Below, in pieces: positions 1 to 11,540 of a stretch of 32,949 bases of DNA. The DNA comes from Priapulus caudatus (Eukaryota): assembly GCF_000485595.1 (NCBI RefSeq), contig NW_014577063.1:871276-904224 (forward strand). The letters run 5' to 3'. Numbering within the stretch: position 1 is the first letter of the stretch; every line of letters starts with the position of its first letter. The translations under genes were made by a program, and so were the position numbers. A model generated the notes under the pieces. The model did not search any database. It was not told where the DNA came from and saw nothing but the letters and a program-made list of their open reading frames with translations.

Positions 1-1923
1 GGCGTGATGCGAATTTACCTGCAAATCCAAGTTTGTGTAAGATTCCAAAGTTTGCGGCACAACATATGCCAGCCCTTAATATCCTATTACTATATATGCA
101 AATACGTCATAATGACTGGGCATACTAATTTAAAAACACAAGCAGAAGTGCGATAGTGACTTTAGAGAATCCAAACGGGACAACAACTGTACTAGAAACG
201 TGACCTGGGAGAGATTATTGGCATCACATCACATGGTAATTATTAACCGGAAAGCTATGGGCAATCAAACAGACAACAAGCAACAACCAACGAGAGAGAG
301 AGCAACAAACAACTTAACCAACAACGGCACCAACAACAACAAACACAACAGAACAACAACGGACGGACGTACGGTGAACAACACCATCACCACCAAATCC
401 TCACCGTAATAAGACATCCCAACCAGCGGTGGTTTGTTCGTCGGGATAAACCACCATCTACCATATCTGTTTCTCCAACCGATACCCAAAGAAACAACAA
501 ACAAGCACAACACGAACGAACAACACAACAACACTAACATACGGAAAAATGTACAAAAGCTAGGCAGACAAACAAAACACAACGTGACGTTATTGACTAA
601 ACACAAATATCTTACAGAAGAACGAAAAACAGGCTATCGAGACAGGGCGGCGACATCGGATGCACGGGGGAGGGGCTGCGGGAGCCTCCTCCCGTCGTCC
701 ACCGCGGTACCTTCAGAGCTTTTGATTTGTTCTTGAATTACTTGCACAAGTCGTTGTTGCAGCCTCGGGCGCGGACAGCGACGACGTTATAGAAAAGAGT
801 GACGAAGTGTCGTCGAAATTGACAAACGACTGCCCCTCACTAGACATGTTCCGTGGGTTGGAAAGAACAGATATATCCGACGACAAACACTGCGATGTTA
901 TAGAGTTGTCGATGATGGGACCACCTTCCGCTACCATGCTGCCACCACCGTGTGATTGTCCAGTTTGATTCTCTAATGTACTATCAGCCATGGTTTATTG
1001 TGGTAATAACGAATAGATGAATATATACAACCTCACGCCGTCCATGATTTTATGTTTGATGTCGGCGCACTATCAGCGGATGCAAGTTACGGTAAAAATG
1101 TTGAGAGCAAGGTTGAGAGTCCGCTGACATCCAGAATAAACCAGGCGATAAATACGTAGTTACTTATATTCCAGAACAAAAGTAATTAACATATAAAGGC
1201 TGCATCAAAGAACAAAAATATCCTATTATCTAAAATGTCTATGATTAAATCGTCTTTTTTATACCTATAGGTAACAACGATATACAATACTGTATGTTTG
1301 CTTTATCGGTTACATGCGTACGATTGACGTAGCCGCTAGCGAAGAACTGAGAGTTACACCTCCTTTGCTATATGTCATTGTGTATTTTGAGTATGCATAC
1401 TGCTCAAATCTGACCAAACTGCATCGAGCGCAAAGTTATGGACAGTGCAACAGTAGATCTACACAGTAGATATCCAGAAACTAGCCTCAGAGTATTCCAA
1501 GGTAATCAATCCATTTGCCTCCGGCTTCGAAAGTGCCAAAAAACAAAAGGCAAAGTCAAAGTGACAGTCACGTTTTGCCAACACGTTTGATACAACTACA
1601 ACTTTACAAGTACAAGCATAACTCTAGTAGTACTAGTAGCCCGCGTACACTGTACGCGTATGCATGTTATTTTGTTGGCCCATCTGACGTAGTCGATGCA
1701 GCTTGTAGAATCGCATGATCGTCCGCTGCGTCCGTGCGTCCGTCAACAGTTGGGCCACGAATCTAAACGGCTCGACGTACGGATTCGAAAGTCGGGATGT
1801 GTGTGTGTGGGGGGGGGGTAATCCGAAAACGAGTTTGGATGTCGACGCTGGGGTCAACGGTCAAAGGTCAAGAGGTGTAAAGAAGGGGAACATTCCCTCC
1901 TTAACTTAAGGTATAGGGAGGAG

Positions 1924-2222
1924 CTAACTATCGTGAACAAGAAGGCTTGGGTTTGCCCAGCATATCATAGCCGCGCCACCACTAACTATCGTGAACAAGA
2001 AGGCTTGGGTTTGCCCAGCATATCATAGCCGCGCCACCACTAACTATCGTGAACAAGAAGGCTTGGGTTTGCCCAGCATATCATAGCCGCGCCACCACTA
2101 ACTATCGTGAACAAGAAGGCTTGGGTTTGCCCAGCATATCATAGCCGCGCCACCACTAACTATCGTGAACAAGAAGGCTTGGGTTTGCCCAGCATATCGT
2201 AGCCGCGCCACCACTAACTATC
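1924..2222. repeat. 58-bp minisatellite, 5 full copies + 9 nt
   Basis: Unit CTAACTATCGTGAACAAGAAGGCTTGGGTTTGCCCAGCATATCATAGCCGCGCCACCA starts at 1924, 1982, 2040, 2098 and 2156, with a partial copy at 2214. One substitution (A>G) in copy 5. Confidence 0.97.
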
Positions 2223-2865
2223 TTACTATCGATCTTCTACCAGATTTACCTCTGGTTCACTACAGAGCGACATTTTAGTTATGCAGCTATATCACGTAGA
2301 TTAGACATTATGTGTGTAATCAAGAGCTAATAAAACCTAAGGTGTTATTAATTATTGATATTATCTACGATTTATTTTAGTATCGTACTATAACGTTAGG
2401 GTTCAGTTATGCGGCATAGAAGTTAAACGGCAGTATTGTGATAGATGTTACTCTTAAGAGGAGGGTGGTTAAACCATTCTTTCCTCATTCCCTTGAAGAT
2501 AGAGAAAGCGGAATCATATAGTAGTTCACAAAGTTAGGATGTAATTCTATATGTTATGATCAAGAACTTGTAGTCGGCAACGAACTCATTGGAAAGTATA
2601 CTGATGCGATTTTATTCAGGTTATGGCACATTCAGAACGCTTAATATATATGTTGTAATTAAAAGCTTGTTCTTCAGGGAAAGGCTTGATGAGGGGTGGT
2701 ATCCGTATCTGGTAGATATAGTGGATTGTATTAATATTAGAAGAAATAGTAGTGGGCAATTGTTGTGATAGTAGTAGTGGTTTTACCTTGATCTTTCAAT
2801 TTGCTAGAAACATGCGTAATTATAGATTCTAGCTGTATATATACATATGTGTGTATACATTGTAT

Positions 2866-2955
2866 CAGGAGTAGATAATAGGGATTCGTAGATAGATAGG
2901 TAGATAGGGATATAGTAGATAATAGGGATAAGGGGTTCCCTATTATCTACTCCTG
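2866..2955. mobile_element. 90-bp TIR insert with 7-bp TSD (P-superfamily-like MITE or excision footprint)
   Basis: Perfect 19-bp inverted repeat CAGGAGTAGATAATAGGGA (2866-2884) / TCCCTATTATCTACTCCTG (2937-2955). Direct repeat ATTGTAT at 2859-2865 and 2956-2962. Confidence 0.8.
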
Positions 2956-4141
2956 ATTGTATATACAGAGTTGTATGGGGTAAAATGCTTCTGATGTTGT
3001 ATGATACTGCAGGTTGATATTAATGTTATTATGAAAGTAATTTAGGTTATAAAATATATAGTGTTATTGCCTTGCAATCATGAACTTACATCGATTATAC
3101 ATAACTATATTCTATCCATGTTTTGCTTCCAAGTCATCTCTAAGAAATTACTGAAGCTATTAAACCTTTATATAGGAGACTTCGTAATCGGAAATAGTTA
3201 CTAAGAATTGAAACAGCCACAATAACACAATAAAGAACATTTACTGGATATGACTATGAATCATTGTGATCGTTCTTGTCGCCACGGAATGTTTCTGCCG
3301 GAGTTATTTATTGATGAGAAACTATCATTCCATATTAAAAAAACACCATTCTCTTGGGTGGCTGACTCGAGCGACCCGAGCGCCAGTACTTACGCGCACC
3401 CACGTTCATACGCGCGCACGCACGCGCACACACGCAAGCACACATACATATACTTATATATACACATATTATATATATATATATATACTTAACTAGATAG
3501 ATACATGAGTATACATGAGTGAGGGTTTTACTATACGCATCTCGCCCGGGCATACACCTGCATATTTTAAGCGCGGAGATGTGACCGAAAACTATTATCT
3601 TAGCTGGCGACGCTACCAGCGCCGCGAGCGCCATTCCCGATTGTGGCGGGATTCGTATGTCGTTGAACGTCACCTGCATTTTGCCACGAGGATGATGTTG
3701 GTGCTGTTACCGCCAGGGGGAATGACCGTCGTCAACCTCCGGCAGATATCAGTAACAACGGACGCCGTGACGCCGATTCCGTACAAAATAATAAAAAAAT
3801 AAATACAATAAATAAAATAAAAATTATGCGTTCGCTGTCATCTTCTCCAGCTGGTAAATTACGCCGCGCCCGTAGGCTACACGCCTTCCTAATCTACGAG
3901 AACGACGACGTCGACTCCGAGCTTCTTGAATCTCATCAGTTTAGCCAGGAAGAGGGCGCTGGTGCCCGAGCATGACGTAATCTCCACGCGGGAAATCGTC
4001 GTCGTCGGCAACGGTCGCAACCTAACGAGGACGCGCCGCGTTAGAAGCGTTGAAGTTCATCCATGCCACAGCCCGAGAGAAACTCTCGCTTTCCTCTATT
4101 ACAAGAAATCTTGAAATGGAGCAAATTAAGCTAAGATTAGA

Positions 4142-4143
<2 letters not shown>

Positions 4144-4224
<81 letters not shown>

Positions 4225-4230
4225 TGTGTG
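4144..4230. repeat. (TA)n-(GT)n microsatellite
   Basis: Directly visible. Confidence 0.93.
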
Positions 4231-5399
4231 TATTTTGTAATTATTTGGATCAATATATATATATATATATCATATTGCATAAGCTCATATCAGAAATATT
4301 ACTATTCGACAACGCGCCTGCGCGTGTATTGAGATCGAGCTGTGATATATTTGAACGCTATTCGATACACACAGGACGCGTAACAGGTCATAATAACAAC
4401 GCATGCATGTTTCTGCTACTCACCCTATTACAGGTCAAAGCTCTGCGTGGCACACACGATGATCGACGAATTACAGACAAAGCGCATAGTTATTGCGTTT
4501 GTATAGAAGTTTCTGAATAATTATTATGATTTCATATCATAATATTCTTATAACATATCTTTCATAGCTTATAAATGTTGACGTTAGTCTAAATAGTACA
4601 TGACTCTGATGCCGGTTTGCTAAACTTCATCAGGGTCAAACGAAAAGTGCCTCGTTCTATTGCGTAATTCGTACCTGCTTGCTGTAGAACACGCTTCATA
4701 GTAAATGTGTGATATAGGATAAATGACTACGTATAATAAAAACAACGACACGACTACAAAGGCCTAAGCCGCGCCGGTAAAAACTGGCAGGCAAAATATT
4801 GATGCACGTCAAGCGCAAGACAAAACAAATATTGAGTTATGGATTATAATATTAAACTGAACGTGGCCACCCAGTTTGGTTCTTTGACACCATCGCCGCC
4901 TTTTGAGAGCGCTGGTGTCATTCCGTGAATGTATAACCACGGAAATCCATTTCAGGATTATGACTGTATATGCAAAACATTACATCTTATACGATACAGT
5001 AACGTCCTTAATGTTTTAGTTACATGATCGCAGTACCTTTAGAACCGATTATGTAGCCAGTAACAATCGATCCATAGTTTTATTTGAGCTGAATATGCCA
5101 TTCAAAAAAAAACAAGCCAAATTACTACGCCAATTAATTAGGTAGAATATCGCCTGCTTCGCTGTGGTCTAGTTTAACTGAAACTATAGAATATTTGAAA
5201 AGTAGAATACTAAAATGATGTTTTCAGCGTATATTTTACTAGAATGTATAAGAAATGCTCACAGTTAGTTACTTTATCAAGTAATCCATAAGGAATTTAT
5301 AATAGGAACAGTAACAACGCCAGGCCCGTCGGCCGGCGACGTCGTCGTCATGGATTTCCTTCATTCGGTGTATTATTATTCTCTCATGTGTCACGGTAT

Positions 5400-5439
<40 letters not shown>

Positions 5440-5779
5440 GCGAGGGATTGTCATCACACTCTACACAAACAGTTCTCTGGGCGGCAGAAGTATGGACGCT
5501 TTCTGTCGACTCAAAGAGCACTGGCTGTCGGCTAAATATTTTGCAAGCCCGCGAAACGCTTTTCGGCGTTTTCTGCTAATGTGAGGCTGGCCTTCATAAA
5601 CAGCACTTCGATTATGCGAATCACATTTTCGAAACAAGACACACTCGATACGCGCGATCGCTTGTTTGCCCAGCAGAAGCGATAGTTGCTATTTGGGTCG
5701 GACGTCGTAAAGAACATAAACAATATCGAACATTTTTAGTAATGATCAAACGGGAGCTCGCCAGCGTTGGTTTTACCAG

Positions 5780-5799
5780 TGCGCGTGCGTGCGTGCGTG

Positions 5800-5848
<49 letters not shown>

Positions 5849-6077
5849 GTGCGCGCGTGTGTGTGCGTGCGTGCGTGTGTGCGTGTGTGTATGCTTGTGT
5901 AGGTGCGTACGTCCGTGCATGCGTGCGTCGGTGAGTGTATGTCTGTGTAATTGTGTGTACGTACCTGCGTGCGTGTATGTGCACTTGTGTGATTGATTGC
6001 GTGTGATACGTAAGTATATGTGCGTGTACGTGTGCATGCGCGTGTGTGGGCGGGGAGTGTGTGTGTGTTGTGTGTGT

Positions 6078-6125
<48 letters not shown>

Positions 6126-6160
6126 GCGTGTATGTGTGTGTATGTGTGTGTGTGTGTGCG
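5780..6160. repeat. Compound (GT)n/(GCGT)n microsatellite
   Basis: Directly visible; source of the HTHT/CVCV pseudo-ORFs. Confidence 0.93.
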
Positions 6161-6438
6161 CGAGCGTACGTGGGTGAGTAACGTGCGATGTATGTGCCTG
6201 CGTGCCTGCCTGCGTGCGTGGGTGAGTGAATGTTTGGATGTGCATGCATGTACTAGGTGTGCGTGTGCGCGGTGCGTACCTACATGTATATACAAGAGAG
6301 AAAGAGAGGGGGGGGAGGAAGGAAGGGAGGAGGAAGAAAGGGAAGGAGGTAGGAGAGATAGATAGATAGATAGAGAGACAGAGAGAGAGAGAGAGACAGA
6401 GAAATAGAGAGAAGAGAAAGAGAGAGAGAGAGAGAGAG

Positions 6439-6470
<32 letters not shown>

Positions 6471-7618
6471 GAAGAGAGATTAAGAGAGAGAGAGAGAGAG
6501 AGATGCGTGCGCGCCCGCGTGGTAGTGTTTGAGTCTGTATCCGTATGTATGCGTGCGCGCGTGCGTGTGTGCGCGTGTGTATAAAAAAATCACAAAGCTA
6601 AGACGGTGGCGATATCAGATATATGACGGTATGTCTTCTATAAGATATCGCAACCTCGGCTTATAGACATTACTCGAGCGATCCTGATGTCTAGATTCAA
6701 GCCACTGCGTGCGTGTTCTGTGTATCGGTTTAGAACGCCAATTTGTCCTCCTGCATGCGTCATTATAAATAGCCATTTACATATCTCGCATTCTTAAAAT
6801 TACCGCCGGATCTGCTATTTACTCACTTTCAGCCTAATAAGGCCAGCTTAAATACGAATATTCGTCTGTCAATAATTCAGAAGTAATATTATATTCAACT
6901 CGTGTGGCGTTTATTCTAGCATGCATGCATGTGCGCGTAGAAGGAAGACGACGGCGATTGCGTTAGGTGTTGTCTTAGCTGCATACGAGCCGCAAATATT
7001 TAGATTGATATCGCCAGTTGTAAGCATTTGCATATCTTTGTTTTCCGTGTAAATGAAAACAAGGCGGTCTCGTATTTAATAGGTTTTATTGGCGATAGAA
7101 CAAAAATAAACGCAACCGCGGGGCGTGCTGAAAAATAGAAGACAGATTGGCGGGGAAGTACGAGGCAGCTACGCGGCGACCACCCGGCAGAAGATGCGGG
7201 ATAATTTATACATGTCATTTATCGGCCATCTGCTGAGCGCAGCATCGCTTTCAGGCAAGCCCTATATACAATTTCGTCCGCAAGATTATTGCGTTGGCGT
7301 TGTGCTTCTATGATAGCGCATTTGGCAGCTTCGCCGATGGTCATTGTACATGTTAATCTGCACAGGTTGAATTACGAGTTGGTAATGTTGTTGTTGTTAA
7401 TGAGCGCTAATTAAATAAACACGACAATTGCGATTTTTAATTGAATTTATATTATACGCACCACTGACTGAAATGCGAGGAATATAAGTAAAACAAACGA
7501 AATGCCCAACTAGAAACCCTTCCCACGATGGAAATCACAATGACTTGCATTATCCACAAGGGAATTATTTCTTGCTTGTATGTAGGTCATAATTAAGTGC
7601 GATTATATGCGTACATGT

Positions 7619-7620
<2 letters not shown>

Positions 7621-7703
<83 letters not shown>

Positions 7704-7782
7704 CGTGTGTGCGTGTGAGTGTGTGTGTGCGTGCGTGCGTGCGCGCGTGCGTGTGTGTTGTGAGTGTGTGTGTGTGTGTGTG

Positions 7783-7831
<49 letters not shown>

Positions 7832-8000
7832 CGTGTGAGTGTGTGCGTGTGAGTGTGTGGGTGTGCGTGCGTGCGTGCGTGCTGGCGCGCGCGTGTGTGC
7901 GCGCGTGTGTGCGTGCGTGCGCGCGTGCTGTGTGTGTGGAGTGTGTGTGTGTTGTGTGTGTGTGTGTGTGTGTGTGTTTGCGTGCGCGCGCGTACGTGTG
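7621..8000. repeat. Compound (GT)n/(GCGT)n microsatellite
   Basis: Directly visible. Confidence 0.93.
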
Positions 8001-8246
8001 TATTGCATATTCAAGCACGTAATGTTAACTCCTACAGCGAGTTTTGTAACGTCTGAAGTAATATATAAACGCCTATCATGTCGTACGGCGATCTAACGAC
8101 GGCACGGGTGGTGGATGTGGTGACGAAACAATCACGACACGTCTACAGAAATAATCTTCTAAGATCGAACTATTAAATGTTAACGAACGTGCGCGTGCTC
8201 AAACGAAGTGTGTGTGCCCGTTGTCGGCACCCCCGTAACATATAAC

Positions 8247-8361
8247 CAGGAGTGAATAATAATAAATCTACCTTAATAATAATCTATAAATACCTTAATC
8301 TATCTATTTTAATCTATAATCTATCTTAATAAATATTCCTCTGAATTATTATTCACTCCTG
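8247..8361. mobile_element. 115-bp TIR insert with 7-bp TSD (P-superfamily-like MITE or excision footprint)
   Basis: Perfect 17-bp inverted repeat CAGGAGTGAATAATAAT (8247-8263) / ATTATTATTCACTCCTG (8345-8361). Direct repeat ATATAAC at 8240-8246 and 8362-8368. A noisy copy lies at ~15845-15965. Confidence 0.8.
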
Positions 8362-9704
8362 ATATAACGCACGGGAACCCACGAACGCGAGTTGCTCGCG
8401 CGCGCGCCATGTTGTGTTGACTCGGTGATATTGGCCGGTCGAGCATTCAATGTTATGCTACTATAGTTTGACGAGGTGCAACAGCTAGACGGGCGTGTTT
8501 ACACAACACGCAGTTCTCATGCCTGCCGGATGGTCTCGCGGGCCGCCTGGGACTGCACACAGTTCGCTTCGGGACGCGTCTGTTTATTTACCCGCCAACC
8601 CTCGATGTTTACGAACACGATTAGAAACAATCTGCCGTAATGGATCGCTGCTTTGAAACAAAACAAACCAATTACTCGATGGCTTAAAACTCCGGCGTCT
8701 ATTCGCAAACACGTATTGATGGCAGCGATGTGTTTGTATACGGTAAGCACCAGCCGTGATCTTGCCAGTCCATTTTAGAGTTGCCCGTGCGATGGATAGC
8801 CCTGCCAGGACGTGAAGTCTATTTTAAAACCACCCCAATGCTGGCGTACGAACTGCAGGCGTGAGTTTTCAGCATTCGTGCTTTCAGCGTTTATCTGATC
8901 ATTCGCCCACCAATGGGGACCTATTTTCAATTACCTCATGAAAAGTACCCTACGCTTTGCGTATATTAGATAACTGCTAATATATATATTTAATAACGTG
9001 AGATTTATGTTTGAAGATTCATTTGAGCAATTTCATGTCAATACGACGCAGGATGCGTATGCAGTGAGTAACAAGTAATTGTACTTTTAATTTGAATACA
9101 GATTTTGTTAGAATCATAATAAAAAAATTCAATACTTTCAGGAAGGAAAAACAATATGTTTTGTTTTTACTCACTCCAGGTATTATACATGAATATTCAC
9201 AGAATCCTTCCACATTTACATGTAAACAGGGTGATCAGTGCTGCGTGTCCACATCCACATTTTCTATACATATAGAGCTTAGCATCAATTATGAGCTTAT
9301 ACTGCGTGTAGACATGACTCAACGCGTCAGTATCCAGTGGAATACACACCAACTATAAAATATTACATTTATATTTCAGACAATTTTTCTGAACAAACTC
9401 ACGATGAGTCTTGTGTGTGTGTAGGTGACAGTTTTGATAACGTAATTACTGAACTAATTTATTATCATATAATAATTATTATCTCATACTGAAATCTCAC
9501 GCCGATTTTGAGTGGGGGTTTGTTTGAGAAATAGCTTATATACGCCGTGCGGTTTTTATAGGCAACGACTGTTTGTTTAAAGATGGTTAACAGTCTCTAA
9601 ACGTTGAAGGCGCTAATAACAAAAAACCCTGCTCTGTGTGCGGATTCGCACTGCTTGTAAAACAATTTTAGTCATTTTTCAATTTTAATTTCTTAAAGTA
9701 CATT

Positions 9705-10240
9705 ATAGTATAGCATAATATATTATAGTATAGTATAATATAGTAATAAGTATATATATTGTATAGATATCATGTATAGTATAGTATAGTATAGTAATCG
9801 TATAGTATAGTATAGTATAGTATAGTATACGTATAGTTAGGTAAAGTATTATATAGTATAGTATGTATAGTATAGGTAATTGATGGTATAGTATAGTATA
9901 TGTATATATAGTATAGTATAGTATAGTATAGTAATAGTATAGTTGTATAGTATAGTATAGTATATGTATAGTATAGTATAGGTATAGTATATACGTGATA
10001 GTATAGTAATGTATAGTATGTATGAAGTATCGAGTACAGTACAGTACAGGTAAGTACAGTACAGTACAGTAATTAGTATAGTATAGTATGTATAGTATAG
10101 TATAGTAATAGTATAGTATAGTGATAGTAATAATATAGTATATAGTATATATAGATGTATAGTATATGTATAGTATAGTAAGTAGTATAGTAATAGTATA
10201 GTATAGTATAGTATAAGTATAGTATAGTATAGTATAGTAT
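9705..10240. repeat. (TAGTA)n pentanucleotide satellite with a (CAGTA)n patch; duplicate at ~17305-17980
   Basis: Directly visible. Confidence 0.93.
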
Positions 10241-10729
10241 TTATATGTTTGTTTGTTTATTTATTTTAATATCATGCTGTTGTTGAATAACAGTTGCAGC
10301 AGAGTTCAAACAGTAACAGAATTTTAAAATGTTATCATGTGGTAACAGACTGGCGAGGCATTTTCTCAAATGCAGCGATCGTAAAATGGAATTTTTGAGC
10401 AGTGAAACTGTTGATGTGCGTCACTCGTTCTTATATCGCATATAATTTTGACTTGCCGTGGGTGCATGCATACTCGCGCACGTGTGCCCGTGCTCTCTTG
10501 TGTCTGTCTGTCAGTAGAGTGAGAGGAAACAGCACGTGTGCCTGTGTACGTGTGATAGTCAGAGATGTGTGTATACTGGAGGCTTGCAATCCGGCTTTTT
10601 ATTTTAATTTCTTTATGCTACACACAGTCCCTAATTGCTAGCACTACGTTAATATATATAATATATCTATATAGTATATATATTATATATATAATACTAT
10701 GTATGTGTGTGTGTGTGTGATGTGTGTTG

Positions 10730-10924
10730 AAATTCAAAATAATGAAGTAAGGTGTTAATAGCACGAGGGCTTTCGAGAGCGTACATTTTCCTCAGGCTTT
10801 CTTCAGGCGTTACAAAACCACAGATAGCTGAGCAGACGACAAAGCCCGAGGAAGAGCTGTAGCGTCTGCGAAAGCTCGCGTATTAAAAGCTTAAACAGCA
10901 CGCTTTGCCTATTATTTTGAATTT
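10730..10924. mobile_element. Inverted pair of Penelope-like element ends with hammerhead-ribozyme-like cores
   Basis: Arms 10730-10800 and 10841-10924 are imperfect reverse complements (outer 14 bp AAATTCAAAATAAT / ATTATTTTGAATTT perfect). Each arm reads C(T/C)GAGGA...CGAAAGC. Second noisy copy at ~18455-18633. Confidence 0.55.
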
Positions 10925-10971
10925 GTTGTTTTTTCAATCTAGCATGGGTGGTTCGTGGTGTGATTTTATTC

Positions 10972-10973
10972 TA

Positions 10974-11007
<34 letters not shown>

Positions 11008-11540
11008 GCTATCTATCTATTATCTATCTATCAATTCTATACTATCTATCTATCTATTTAATCTAATCTATCTATCTATGCTATCTATTAATCTATTATT
11101 CTATCTATCTAATCTTATCTATCTATCTATCTATCTATCTATATCTATCTATGCTATCTTCTATTCTATCTAACTCTATTTATCTAAGATCTATCTATCT
11201 ATCTAATCTATCTATGCTATCTATCTATCTATGCTATATTCTAGCTAATCTATCTACTTATCTATCTATGCTATCTATCTATTCTATCTATCTATGCTAT
11301 CTATCTATCTATATATCTATCCAGGCTATGGTAGCTATGCTATCTCATCTATCTATCTACACATTATATATATAGGCTAATCTATATATCTTATATATTA
11401 TATCCTTATAATATATATATATATATCTATATATTTAATGATATCCCTAACTCGTAATCTAAATGTCCCTATCTTATCTATGCTATCTATCTATCTATGC
11501 TATCTATATCTATATATATATATTATCTATATCTATATCA
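10972..11540. repeat. (CTAT)n / (TA)n microsatellite; shorter duplicate at ~18690-18900
   Basis: Directly visible. Confidence 0.92.

Noticed and set aside
1924..2222. CRISPR array
   Set aside because: Units are contiguous and identical with no unique spacers; eukaryotic context and no cas genes.
3931..3940. CTGATGA hammerhead core on the minus strand (also near 4627)
   Set aside because: No correctly placed GAAA and stems downstream.
3515..4114. Possible exons in a GC-rich patch
   Set aside because: All frames I translated close within about 100 codons, give no recognisable domain, and I could not chain consistent splice sites. Not excluded, but unsupported.
7178..7186. Isolated Gli-like site GACCACCCG (and GGCCACCCA near 4866)
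   Set aside because: Single 8/9 matches far from the gene are expected by chance in 33 kb.
5621..8096. Many 60-224 aa ORFs rich in HT/CV/RA (also at 15258-15619, 19725-20075, 27991-28763)
   Set aside because: Translations of (CA)n/(GT)n microsatellites, which lack stop codons in most frames.
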